DNA of 64,000 nucleotides from Takakia lepidozioides (lineage: Eukaryota > Plantae > Bryophyta), in assembly GCA_030704615.1 (NCBI GenBank), contig CM060732.1:17732001-17796000 (forward strand), read 5' to 3'. Made by a program: the position numbers and the translations under genes. Position 1 is the stretch's first letter. Each line of letters opens with the position of its first letter. Positions 51,521-63,655 of this stretch are shown one piece after another. Below the pieces are notes generated by a model that saw only the letters and a program-made list of their open reading frames with translations, searched no databases and was not told the DNA's origin.

Positions 51521-52309
51521 TACAGATTACACAGTCCATAGGGTCAGTGACAGGTGGATGCGAATTAACGTTAGAAAAGTGGCCATCGAGTGAAGAGGAA
51601 GTTTGGAAGTCAAACTTGGAGAATATGCCACGCAGAGAGGGGAAGTCGGGGACATGTTTTGAAACGGACACGTGGCCACTAAGGCGTGGCACACCGCATT
51701 GCATCAATTGCAAAAAAAATAAAATCTCATCATGCAAACGGACAAATCGGGCCGTCAAAGTACATACCCGGTACAGCAGCTAATACTAATTGTGGGCCCA
51801 TTAATGCATTCAGTGTAAGGGTAACGGAACCCTTTTCGAGTACAGAAAAGGGAAACCTATGCCACATGTGCTGTCCTACTGGACATTTCAGGTGGGAATG
51901 TCCATGGAGGGGGGTGGAATTAAGAAATTACCTAAGCAGTCCACAGCCAATCAGGAGTGAGAATTACATGCAGGTGGTTCCCTCCAAGAAACAAGAACAA
52001 GAAATATGAAGTGTTATGAGCGGAAGAGTCGGAGTGGCTCTGAATAGCCAAGGTCTCGACGGAAGGGGCAATCAAAGCACTAGCTTTGTAGCTATGGCAC
52101 ATGTAACGGATTACACACTCGCTTTACTTCTCACGCAGTGGCGCAAGGACGGACGCATTGAGAGTATATTTTCTCTCACTCGATACTTGCAAGCCCCACA
52201 GGCTTATACGCACTTACCTGTTCCATTCTGTGCCAACCAGACCTTCATGCGCTGTGCCCTGCAAGCTTTCCTTCAGCTGTTTCAAACAAAGCCTTTTTGT
52301 TTGTCTAGA

Positions 52310-55300
52310 ATGAAGAGAGTGAGGGGAATGGAGGATATCAGGGTGAAGAGCACCACGATTCTGCAGAAGCAAACAATTGCAGCACCGCAGGCAATACAGC
52401 TGCTAAGGGAGTTGTGATTGGAGGGGCTGCTACGCAAGGACTGGTCCTTGCATCATCGGCAGTATATGATTCAATTTCTTCAGAACTTTGAGCCTCGGAC
52501 GGGAGTTACTCAGGTGAGGGAAGTAGATATAAAAATTACTCCCCAGTACCTGCAGCAATTGTTTGATTTGCCATCAGGTCATGTGGATGTGGATGAGCAC
52601 AGGGCAAGATTGCAGATAGGGAATTTGTTCCAAGAAGGGAGTTTCTTTAAAACTCAAGGTTACGCTTGTACCAAAGCCAAGTACCCAGGGCTTAGGGAAG
52701 TTGGCCAAATATTGAATGTTCTGTTTGCCATGAAACAGAACCAACAGTATTTGAGCAGGTCATTCACAGGGGAGATCCTGAAAGCTTTGAGGGGAGAGGA
52801 TGTCGCTTGGGCGGAGTTAATGTACAATGGACTGGTGGAGGAGATAAAGAGGTTGCAGGCACTGCTGCTAAGTCTCCGATCATTGTGTCTGGTCCAATCA
52901 TTGCCCAAATCATTCTTGATTCTTGCATACTTGATACTCGGGAACGTAAGGAGATGGGAGTGTTTGAGGCAGAAATCACTGCAATTGAAGAGCAGGGCTC
53001 TTCACATAGTGAAAGTGGACTGGCAGGGCAACACTAGTCTAAGAGACAGAGGCGGGGTATGACTGTAGTGGCGGATCCACTGGCTTCACGGAAACCGCAC
53101 GATAATGTTTCCCAAGCTCTTGTGCAGGATGGGGCACAGCAGCACAGAGAGCTGTTATTATTGGAAGCACGGCCTTCGGAGAGGGAAGAGGAAGTCACTT
53201 CGATACCACAGCCACCACAACCAATTGACTCAGTTGTCTTAGAGGTTCCAAAGTTAGTACATGCTGTGACTTCATCCCCAATTGCTCTGGAAGGAGAAAG
53301 GTTGGACATTCCCACTACAGAGCAGGTCGTGGCCGAAATTGAGAAGGGTGACCTTCTCTATGGAAACTCTGGCTTGGTAAGGGAATCAGTGGTTTCAGAG
53401 GTGCAGCGGTGGTCCAGGGAAAACCCTGCTGTGCATGTAATACCCACACCTGTGATGGAGGTACCAGGGGTAGAATATCAAGACACTGCAGCACTTGTGG
53501 AGGATGAGGTGGTTCAGGAAGGGAATCTGGTGGGGCAATGGCCTGAATGGTTGGTGAGGCATCACACTGTGGAGGATCAGGGAGAACAGCAGCAAGTTCA
53601 CCATGATGACTCTCAGCAGGCCATGCTTATGAGTTCCATAAGCAGAATACTTAATTTGTTGGGCACTTATGTGAAATCCCATGTTCCATCTACCCAATTG
53701 GCAGCTTTGAGGGAGGAACTCAGCAAGGAGTTTGAGGCTCGAATTGCCACTGAGTGTGCTAACAAGGTAGATGAGGAGGTCAATCTCAAGTTACAGCAAG
53801 AGTTGGAGGACACAAAAGCTGCTTTGCAGTTGGCCAAGGGACATTTGATTGAAGCAGGCCTCGAGCATGACCAGTTGCATGAAGCACATAAACAATAGTT
53901 ATACCAAATGCAGGTGAAGCATGAGGACAAGTTGCAAGAAATGAATGTACTACATACAGAGTTGCAGGCAGTACATGAGAAGATGACCATACAATGTGCT
54001 ACACTCACAACTACACTTGAGCAAACTGCATTAGAAGTTAATAGACAAGGGGAGAGATGTATGAAGGCAGAAGCAGAGATAATAGAGCAAGCGAAACTCA
54101 TGGTTGATATGAAGAATACAATGTCGCAATGAGAATACTTTCAAACAATACAGATAGGTTGAGGCTGACCAGGAGAGGTACATCCTGGAGTTGCAACAAA
54201 CAGTCATGGTCAATAGAAATGAACTCTCTGTGGCTAACACGGCTTGGAAGGAAGCCAATAATCTGGCTGTTGACTATGCGAGTCTGGTTGTACCTCATGC
54301 GAAGCGCATGGAGGCTTTACAGCAGCTGTTAGATGTGTGCAGACTCACTGAGGAGTAGACTCTCAGGGGTGCCACACACGACTTGGTGGATAACCACCTT
54401 ATGCAGGTCTGGTTAGCACAAGGGCCGGTGGAAGGCAAAGCACCACGGAAGCTCACCCAGGGCAAGATGAATGAGCTCAGACTGCAGGTGCAGAACATTG
54501 CCACAACTACTATAGACAATGTCTATAGTAGGATAGCGGAGCTACATGAGGATGTAGAAGGCCTGCAGACTCAGGTGGATGAACTGAGTTCAAATATTGA
54601 CAAGAGAGTCTTTGTACCTGAGGAGCAGTTGATGGCTACTTATTTACATGCCAGGACTCTAATTTTTCAATCTTCTTCGCAAGGGGTGCAGGAGATGCCA
54701 GTGGTAGAAGGGCCAGTGGTACCAATACCACAACAAGTGACTGTGCAGGTAGCTGACCCTGTTGTTACTACAGCCACACCACAACCTGAGGTATGGGGGG
54801 ATGCTACTTTTAACCCACCTAAGACTCCTGCTGCACGGGAGTACAGTCGGGCTATGATTATGCCCTTCAACCAAATTCCCATTGTGTTGGATTTGGCTTA
54901 GAAGGAATTTAGTCCTCCGCAATCGTTGGCACATTACTACCAGATCATGCGCATTTGGCTGCCAATGGCAACTAGGACTAAGGTTCTTCCGAACAATCGA
55001 TCCATTGAGGATCATCACTTTGCGAGGTATTGGTCTGAGGCAGGTACCATGTTGAAGGAATTAATTGCCTTCCAAGTTGTACATGGGTACATTTATACCA
55101 AGACCAAGGAGGTATCAAGTATTGTCATGGGTTGTGGATTATACTATGCTGTTTGTTTTCTGGCACGTTATCACATTGAGCAGCAGAGGATGCAATCGCG
55201 ATTTCTGAGTTATTCCAGTAGGGATCATTGGGTCTTACCTTCAGTGCCACCTCATATGTACCTATATGATGCAAAAGTTATGATGCAGAAGGATTCCCAA

Positions 55301-55855
55301 CTTCGTTCATGGTTTCATTCGGCTTGGAACAATTTAACAACACAGAAATTCGGCCCTGAGGATATTTTCTTCAAGGGACATGAGGCATGGAAATACTTAC
55401 ACTGTTCCAAAGTCATTGGCACACCTCTTACCTATACAGATAAGGAGTTGAGGACGTTCACTAATTTTGCTTGCCAGCGCTTACAGCAAGTTGTACAATT
55501 TAAACTTCCAGATATGGTCCGACCACATTGTATGCCACACAGGATTCCACTTAAAGTTTGGCCGTTAAAACACCTAAGGGGAGACGAGGATTCTGATACT
55601 ACTGTTTCTTCAGCGGACTCTTTTGACATGGCAGAAGACTATGCACTTCAGATGGCAGAGAATAAACGACGGGGATCTCCTATGCCTGAGAAGTTACCTC
55701 GTTATCAGCCAAAGGAGGGTCAGACATTTCCAGGTAGTGCTCAATCATCTCCGTCAACCAATGACAGGACTCGGGCTCGCACACGGAGTCCTTCACGAGA
55801 CTCTCACCGTCAGAATGGTGCTCACTCACAAAGGTTTGCTAATCCCAAACAGTAA
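52310..55855 (+). pseudogene. Long extra 3' ORF (env-like position), ~1180 codons, decayed
   Basis: Consecutive ORFs 52418-53062, 53059-53898, 53908-54132, 54383-54901 and 54926-55855, separated by single stops or frameshifts. The N-terminal QFLQNF..V..IKIT..L..LFDLP resembles Athila/plant-transposon accessory ORFs; the centre looks coiled-coil; it ends just before the PPT. Confidence 0.7.
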
Positions 55856-56837
55856 ACCGTGAGGACACGGCTTTTTGAGAGGGGGAGGGATAAATGTTAG
55901 AGGGCTGCTTGGGACTTAGACGCTTTTACGGGTTCTGTGGGGTACCCTTAATTTTTGCGCAGACTGAGACCAACAGGAGCCTTAGGGTGACAGCAGCAGA
56001 CTTTAGGAGGGTTATACAGCCTGACACAGCCAGTCACAGACCGACACAGCCTTACACATCCAGTCACAGCCCGCCACAGCTTCGCACAGCCCGACACAGC
56101 CTTACATAGCCAGTCACAGCGCGACATAGCCCGACACAGCCAGTCACAGCTCGGCACAGCTCGACAAAGCCAGTCACAGCTCGACACAGCTTGACACAAC
56201 TTGTCACAGTACATGGGGAACATTTATCATAGACAGGGAACGACTGTGAGGGAACGATAACTGCAGAGAGAACGTATTACTTCAGGGATGACGGTTAGTT
56301 AGTTAGGTGGTTAGAACAGCTTGCGGGCAGATAAAGAGAGCGGCAACGGAAAGAGGAGCACTTCACCGGGAGCGCTTCTGGTCATGGGAAGAGGAGATCA
56401 GGCGGAGAGCAAGAACGAGAGCACAGAGAAGGAGGAAAGATGAACAGTAGATGCATATTACATGCAAAGCTGTAGTGATACTGTAGGGCGGATTAGAGTC
56501 ACCATGGCATTGGTCTGATACCTGATAAATCATAATCTGATACTTATTCGATACAATCACACTATGTAGAGAGACATGAGTGAAGCTGTGAAATGAATGC
56601 ATGATTAACTGGAACTAAGTAGATACTGAAGCAATCTGATACTTCAGTATCAGATAAGGTAAATTGATAACATGAAGGCAAGAAGGAATACAAATGGGAA
56701 GCACAACCATGATTCACTAGCTGCAGGTCATGCCTGATAATACTAAGCAGGCTGAGTGCTTAGAGATATCCAACTCTTCTATCTTGAAGTTTCCACCTCG
56801 GATAGCGAAGGGATGGGTGAGTAAAAGCCAATCGACA

Positions 56838-58740
56838 ATCGGCCACATAGGGCCAGTCTGCCAGGTTCAATTCACACTTACCTGGCAGCTCAAACAGTGT
56901 GCGTCAACGCACACTGTTTGAGCCCACCTTGTCAATGTTTTTTTCATGTGAAAATCGGCCACATAGGGCCACTCAGGCAGGTTCAATGCACACTTATCTG
57001 GCAACTCAAATAGTGTGCGTCAACGCACACTGTTTGAGCCCACCTTGTCATTGTTTTATTCATGTGAAAATCGGCCATATAGGGCCAGCCTGTCTGGTTC
57101 AATGCACACTTATCTGGCAGCTCAAACAGTGTGCGTCAACGCACACTGTTTGAGCCCACCTTGTCATTGTTTTCTTCATGTGAAAATCGGCCACATAGGG
57201 CCACTCAGGCAGGTTCAATCCACCCCGAATTGGAAGCTCAAACAGTGTGCGGCACCGCACACTGTTTGAGCCCCCCATTTTGCTTGTTTTTTCATGTTCA
57301 AAATGGCCACATAGGGCCACTATGGCAGGTTCAATCCACCCCGAATTGTAAGCTCAAACAGTGTGCGGTACCGCACACTATTTGAGCCCCCCATTTTGCT
57401 TGTTTTTTCATGTTCAAAACGGCCACATAGGGCCACTCTGGCAAGTTCAATCCACCCTGAATTGAAAGCTCAAACAGTGTGCGTCAATGCACACTGTTTG
57501 AGCCCCCCTTGTGCCTTGTTTTTTTGGTTTGGAAATGGTGCATACATGGGCCTCTCTGTCTGGTTCAATCCACCCCTAATTCGAAGCTCAAACAGTGTGT
57601 GCCAACGCACACTGTTTGAGCCCCCCTTCTCATTGTTTTTGGAATAATAAAATCGTCCAAACAGGGTATCTCTGTGAGGTTCAATGAACAATTTCCTGGT
57701 AGCTCAAACTGTGTGCGCCAACGCACATTATTTGAGCCCCCCTTCTCATTGTTTTTTTCATAATAAAATTGTCCAGACAGGGTAACTCTGTGAGGTTCAA
57801 TCCACACTAACCTGGCAGCTCAAACAGTGTGCGTCAACGCACATTGTTTGAGCCCCCCTCGTAATTGTTTCTTGAATGTGAAAATCATGCACACAGTCGC
57901 CTCTCTATAAGGTTCATTCCACGCTTTTTTGGAAGCTTAAACAGTGTGTGGCATTGCACACTGTTTGAGCCCACACTTGACATTATTTTTTCATTTTAGA
58001 ATCGACCACAAAGGTCATCTCTGTCAGGTTCAATTCACACTTACCTGGCAGCCCAAACGTTTTGCGTCAACGCACACTATTTGAGCCCCCTGATTTGCTT
58101 GTTTTTTGACATGAAAATTGTGCACCTAGGGCCAGTCTGGCAGGTTGGATCCACCCCGAAATGGAAGCTCAAATAGTGTGCGGCAACGCACACTGTTTGA
58201 GCCCCCTTCACTGACTTTTTTTTTATTTCAAAATTGGCCACTCATGGCCACTATGCCATGTTAAAATCACCCCTTATTGCAATCTCAAACAGTGTGCGGC
58301 AACACACACTGTTTGAGCCCCCTTGTCTGCTTGTTTTTTGTTGTGAAAATCGGGCACCTAGGGCCACTCTGGCAGGTTGAAACGAACCCTTATTGGAAGC
58401 TTAGACAGTGTGCGGCAATGCACACTATTTGAGCCCCCTCTCTGCTTGTTTTTCTATGTGAAAATTGGGCCAAACAAGGCCATTATGCATGCTCAAAACA
58501 CCCATAGTTGGTAGCACGAAGAGTGTGCGGCAACGCACACTGTTTGTGCCTCCTTTTTGGCCCCTCTCTGCCTGTTTTTTTGGTGGAAATGTGCCATATA
58601 GGGCCAAATATCATGTTGAAAACACCACTATTTGGAAGCTGAAACATTGTGCGGCAGCGCACAGTATTTTCGGCCCCCACACTGCTTGTTTTCTAATGAG
58701 AAATTGGGCCACATAGGGCCTATCTGCCATGCTCAAAACA
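56838..58740. repeat. Hairpin satellite, ~16 x 116-117 bp
   Basis: Core CTCAAACAGTGTGCG-N4-CGCACACTGTTTGAG repeated every ~116 bp; homologous to 5244-6430. Confidence 0.95.
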
Positions 58741-58791
58741 CCATCGTTTCATGCCTCTATCTTATATCAATTTGAATGAATAACTCTGCAG

Positions 58792-61700
58792 GAGAAGATG
58801 CAAAGTGTGGCGGATGAGATCCCTTTGGGGCAGGGGAAGAGATCATTGTTGATGTGGACGATGAGTTCTATGAAAGCAAAGTTGCTGAGATGCTGGGGGG
58901 TCAGAAGGTAAACTCTCAGCTTGTGGTGCAAAGTATGCTTGCCTTGGGTGGGAGGTTGAAGATTCCCCTGTGTAGGTTGGTTTCCATGCCCGTCGTTCGT
59001 CCACCCCTCATCAAGGACATCCTAAAGCTGGAGGCCAAGTTTGTTCATGGGTATTTGGATGGATCCGCAGTCTTTTACGTTTCTACAAAGGATTCCAGAG
59101 CCAATGAGCTCCTTGTGGATGAGTCAATCGTGGACTCCTGGGATCCCATTTGGAGATAGGTGAACGAATCCTTCGAACTTCTTCTCCAGGAAACCTTCCA
59201 CCCAGTCATTCTCAGGGAAGATGTTTCACGTTTGGGATGGCAACCACCGGTTGCTTGCATGGATGGCTGTCATTGGGAGGCTGCACTCACAGGAGGAAGA
59301 GTGGCATTACTCTGTTTGATCGATGGTGCTGGATTGTGACGGGAACATGATGGGTCTTCTGACGGCAATGAATGATGTGAACAGGTTGGTTTCTCATTCT
59401 ACATGTTCCCCTTGTGGTTCCGTGGTTCTTTGGTTCCAGTCCTCTGTTGACGGTCCTTGAATTTCATTCTGACTTTCACACATCATTCTGCAGAGGGACG
59501 GAGACATCGCATGTCAAATCGAGTCTGGTTCACACACTGTACATGATACAAAGGATCGGGCAGATGCCCTTGACCAACTTCAAGACCATCCTTTCAGCAG
59601 AGACGTACAAGAAGTGCGAAAGCTCCAAGACATCAGAAATGTGGTACTCGTTGACCCGTGAGGCTTTCATGGAGTATATGTACGCGGTGAGATACATCTT
59701 CCATCATCTGGCCTTTCGATATTCCTGCTTCCATGTTTGTTTCTGTTTGTTTCCCTTGCCCTTGGGTTGATGCAACTCTCGTGCATTCCTTTGCAGCAAG
59801 ACATTGCAAATGCAGGAGAGCGTGACAAACTGGAATACTACAGCTCTACCCCTGAGGAGAGGAGGACAGCAAAGGGCGTTGAGAGTCACATCCAGAAGGA
59901 GATGACCGCCACAAGAAGGACTATTATGAGTGCTTTTGTGAAACAACTAAGAATTGCAGACCCAACCTTCGGACCAGAGTTCCTTCAAGAGGTGAAAAAC
60001 CATTACAACAAGCCAGGCAAATCGGAGAAGGCCCCAGTTACACAGTTGTCTACTGCCATTGTGTCTTCAGAATAGAAGGTGAAGTGGCTACAGATATGGA
60101 ACTCCGATCCCACTGTTAGGGATACCCACATGTTCCCCAGGCCGGAGAAAAAGAAGAAGACCCAGCGTGACATTCCTTTCAGTGACAATGTGCTGGACAC
60201 ATGGCTTCACAAGGCCACTTACTGGAGCCAGGTATGATGTCCTTTGCTGTGTCACTTTCTTTTTGCTTTTTCTGTCATTCTTTTTCCATGTTACATTGGT
60301 TGTGATTGTTTTTGTGTTCATTCTTGCTTCTGTATTGGTCTGCAGTTGGAGGAAAGGGCCCGGTCGGTTCTACATACGCAAGTGGCTGACTATGGGATCA
60401 CCATGATAGAACCGAAGGTCTCCTTTCAAGCATACATGAGGAAATGGAGAGCCACAGTGTGGCAATCTTGTTTCTTCAAAGAGTTCAGCAAGGATGTTGG
60501 CATCAGTCGAACAAATGAGCTTGACCAGCAACAGAAAGGAGAGGAAGCCTGGAAACGATGCCTTTATGGGTGCGAAATGGACTGTGCTTCTTTGTTTTGC
60601 ATAGACACAATCTCCTCCATCCAACCTGTTTTTGGCTGGCTCATATGAGTTTGTGGTGGAGTGTAATGTGTCGCATACTCTTTTAGGGGGTCTTCGTGAT
60701 GGGGTGGAAAAGCTGGGAGACAATATTTGCATTGCATAATGAGGTTCTCTGTTCCTGCAGGTACATAAAGTATGTTCTCATGGCAGAGAACTGCTTGGAC
60801 AAAACATCCTGATTTCGTGGACCTTTGGCTTGTCCCTGCTGGCAACAACCAGACCATGTTTACTACGGGGATCTTGCATGACTGGGGCCCAGACCATCTT
60901 TCTGCTTGTGGTTGGTATTTGGATTGCCCTGCTTCAGAGACCCCAGCTCAGGAGGTGTCTTTGAGGAGAGAGAATGAGCGTATAGCAGCTACCGCCGCAG
61001 CAGCCGACCTCGACATTCATGAGAGAAATTTGAGGACTCTTGCAGAAGGAGCCTCCCGCTCAGGATACACCGGGTAAAGGTAGAAAGGCAAAGGGAAAGG
61101 ATGTTGCTGGTGGTGGGGGAAAGGAAGGGGTAGGGGAAGGGGGCACAAGGGCAGGTAGGTGGGCAGGGAGTGTTACAGATACTGGCCCTCTGGTGGTTGT
61201 CCAGCAGACTCCACCGCATGGTAGGGGATCCGGGAGAAAGAACAAGAGGGTGGTTGATCCCAAGGACCCGTACCATGCAGTGGAGCATCCCACGAGGGTC
61301 ATTCGCCCTACCAGGTTGGAGATGGCCAACGTCAGGTTCCTTGCCATGATGGAGTCCAAGAAATCTGATTACAAGGGTGAACCATCACCAGTGTGGGAGA
61401 GGATTGTGGAGTTCCTCGGCACGGTGCGTGTTGTCTTTTGCTTCTTGTCTGTTGTGTGCATGGATCGTTTCAATCCTCTTGAGCATTCCATTGCATGCTT
61501 GTTTGCAGGCTAAAATGACCAATCATGGTGAACGGGAAGGAGGAGCCATATGCAGCCGAACTCATCATCTTGGACATCCCTGATGGGTTGCCAGGCCCGG
61601 ATGTCCCTTGATCGGGTGCTTGTCCAGGTTGGAATGCTTTTGATGAGCGCTACTGGCGGTGGATTTTCTCCCTTTGCAATTTCTTTCTGTCCGATGCAGG

Positions 61701-62567
61701 TGTTTTGGTGCTCATCCAGTCCATCGACCTTCGCTGTCGCCGTGCACTTGCCAGCTATTTGAAAGCCTCCGGTATGAGGGTCGTGAAGACATGGAATTGT
61801 GTGAACAGAATTTACCTGACGAAGGGGGATCGTCCCGGAGAGATGGTAAATCTGCCTTCTTATTCCTCTTCTTGGTGGTTCTCGGCTGGAGTTGCATAAG
61901 TCGCTCAAATGAATATGTAGGGGCCTGGTTTTCAAGCTTCTTAGTTCCTTGTGTATGTCATGTTCACAGACTCGTTTGTTTGAAGCTGTTTGTCTCGTCC
62001 GAGTGCACCCACCTACGACTCCAGCCGTCATTAGGGAGTTCGCCATCACTCATGGGGGCAAGTTCATAGAGACGAGAGGACAGATCCTCCCACGGATGAC
62101 ATGCACCACAACTACGTGGACAACAACGTGTGCTTGCAAAGGGGGAATGGGGTTCCTTGGAGAGGGGCCAGGGAGAGGAGCCCAGCTTTCATTCAGACGA
62201 TTGTGGAGTGCTGCACCTACACAGATGCCAGAGTTCTGGATTTGTCAATGGGCACAGGTTAGTCTCTTCAACATTCACTTTTCATGAGGTTTGTTTGACC
62301 TTGCACTTTCAGCTCTTCCCACCGTTCCAAATGTGTCTTCAATGTCTGTTTCCTTCATTGTATTCCACTGCAGGTGCCTCGTACCACGCTTGCAAGGCCA
62401 GTGCGCAACATCTCTTTGGGATTGAAGGGGATGCCGAGATTTACAAGAACCTCCTGATGGGTTTGGGTGGACACACTTCTCAAGTCCTTCCGAAGCCCCT
62501 ACCCGCTGATATTGATACAGGGGAGACTTCCGACAAGGAGCTGGATGACGACTTTGCCTGTGAGTAA
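58792..62567 (+). pseudogene. ParB/Srx-like domain fused to a beta-class N4C/N6A DNA methyltransferase (copy 2, near full length, spliced, decayed)
   Basis: Exons ~58792-59384, 59494-59686, 59797-60231, 60346-~60568, 60761-61423, 61509-61845, 61970-62257 and 62374-62567, with GT-AG borders. VWDGNHR at 59230-59250 followed by AMNDVNR; ELIILDIPDG at 61558-61587; FLSDAGVLVL; VLDLSMGT|GA at 62233-62378; FGIEGD. Several stops and frameshifts. Confidence 0.8.
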
Positions 62568-62989
62568 GTTTAACCTGTGGATGCTTGCATTGTTGTTTCA
62601 ATACCCAGAATCACTATTCTTAAGGCAAAGTGCACATGGGAGATATCCTCTTCGTTGGACTTGTGCATTGCATCATTGTGTTCAAAATTGGTTTTTGTCC
62701 ACTTGTGCAGGAGTCCGCGTGCTTCCACTGACCCTCCAGGGCTAGCTATCACACCTTTTTGGACTTCTTTCAAGTCCTCCTCAGTCTTACGTCCTACCTG
62801 TCTATGCGGAGGCACTCGCAGCAAGCATGTCCATTCATGGCACTCGCAGTCCAACCATCGACGGCCGTGGTAGAAGACGTGGTGTTGGGGCCGGAATCTT
62901 TGTGGATGACATAGCACAGGAGGTCGATACTGATTCTGATGACTGTAACACTTGATATGAAGTTTTCTTTTGCTTTCATTCGGGGCCAA

Positions 62990-63290
62990 TTTTGAAATGG
63001 GATGGTTGTGTGTCCTTGTTGTCATGTTTGCAATGTGTGCATGGGATGCAAATTCATGGGAACAAACTATCGTTGGAGATGGGGGTTGCATGGACTGCCC
63101 GGATTGTTCTTTCAATCTATTTAGTGTTTTGCGGAGCTCACAAGCTTGTGTGCATTGCAAAAACAAACAAACGTCTTTGGTCCGGGTAGAACATTCTCGC
63201 ATCATTTGCTCGTTGGTCTCCAAACCAATCCTGCTAGAAGAATGTTTGGTAAATCCATCATGATAAAGTCCACGTGATCAAAGAGCGTTC
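62990..63290 (-). pseudogene. Possible second methyltransferase-like remnant, convergent
   Basis: One minus-strand frame reads FDHVDFIMMDLP...*CENVLPGPKTFVCFC, resembling the motif IV and motif VI region. Heavily decayed. Confidence 0.25.
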
Positions 63291-63589
63291 AGGCATTCTC
63301 AATTCTGGTGAGCATCCATGATGCTCCCACACATATCTGGCATGTTCGCAAGGGTGGTGAGTAAGAATTTTTTTCGCAGGGATCCGCTTTGGATGATGTG
63401 AGTGTGCACCTGCTCACGACGTAGACACATTCCAATGCAGGGGCTTGGTATGTTGATAACGTCTAAATGGATGCAATGGATAGAAAAGATGGATACAATG
63501 GATGTAACACATCCAGTCTGCATTCCCTGGAAATGGCTGATCAACCCGCGGAAATAGGCCCTGTATGCATGTTGATGTGGCGTGAGCCT

Positions 63590-63655
63590 GTGCTGGGCTC
63601 ATGGTTTCCTGGGCTCACGGGCTCACGCCTCTGGGCTCACAGAATAGCACCCCCC
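63590..63655. mobile_element. Candidate DNA-transposon terminus (GGGCTCAY repeats then AGAATAGCACCCCCC)
   Basis: Sits where integrase homology stops; similar to 381-414. Confidence 0.45.

Larger units (their letters stand above)
51216..56837 (+). mobile_element. Family B Ty3/gypsy 3' part: extra ORF region, PPT and 3' LTR (55895-56837)
   Basis: PPT GAGAGGGGGAGGGA at 55877-55890; LTR TGTTAG...TCGACA; the right flank is the hairpin satellite. Confidence 0.9.

Noticed and set aside
50671-51783. ORFs crossing the N run
   Set aside because: They are open only because of ambiguous bases.
45414-56837. One complete family B element spanning the gap
   Set aside because: The flanks differ (CTCCT vs ATCGG), the LTRs are clearly diverged (the 3' LTR resembles 28446-29124 more), and a gap intervenes.
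56838-58740. CRISPR-like array from the 116-bp hairpin repeats
   Set aside because: The inter-hairpin segments are mutually homologous, so this is a satellite.
58792-62567. Bacterial contamination as the source of the methyltransferase
   Set aside because: It has spliceosomal introns (one splitting motif I) conserved in two copies and is embedded among plant TEs.
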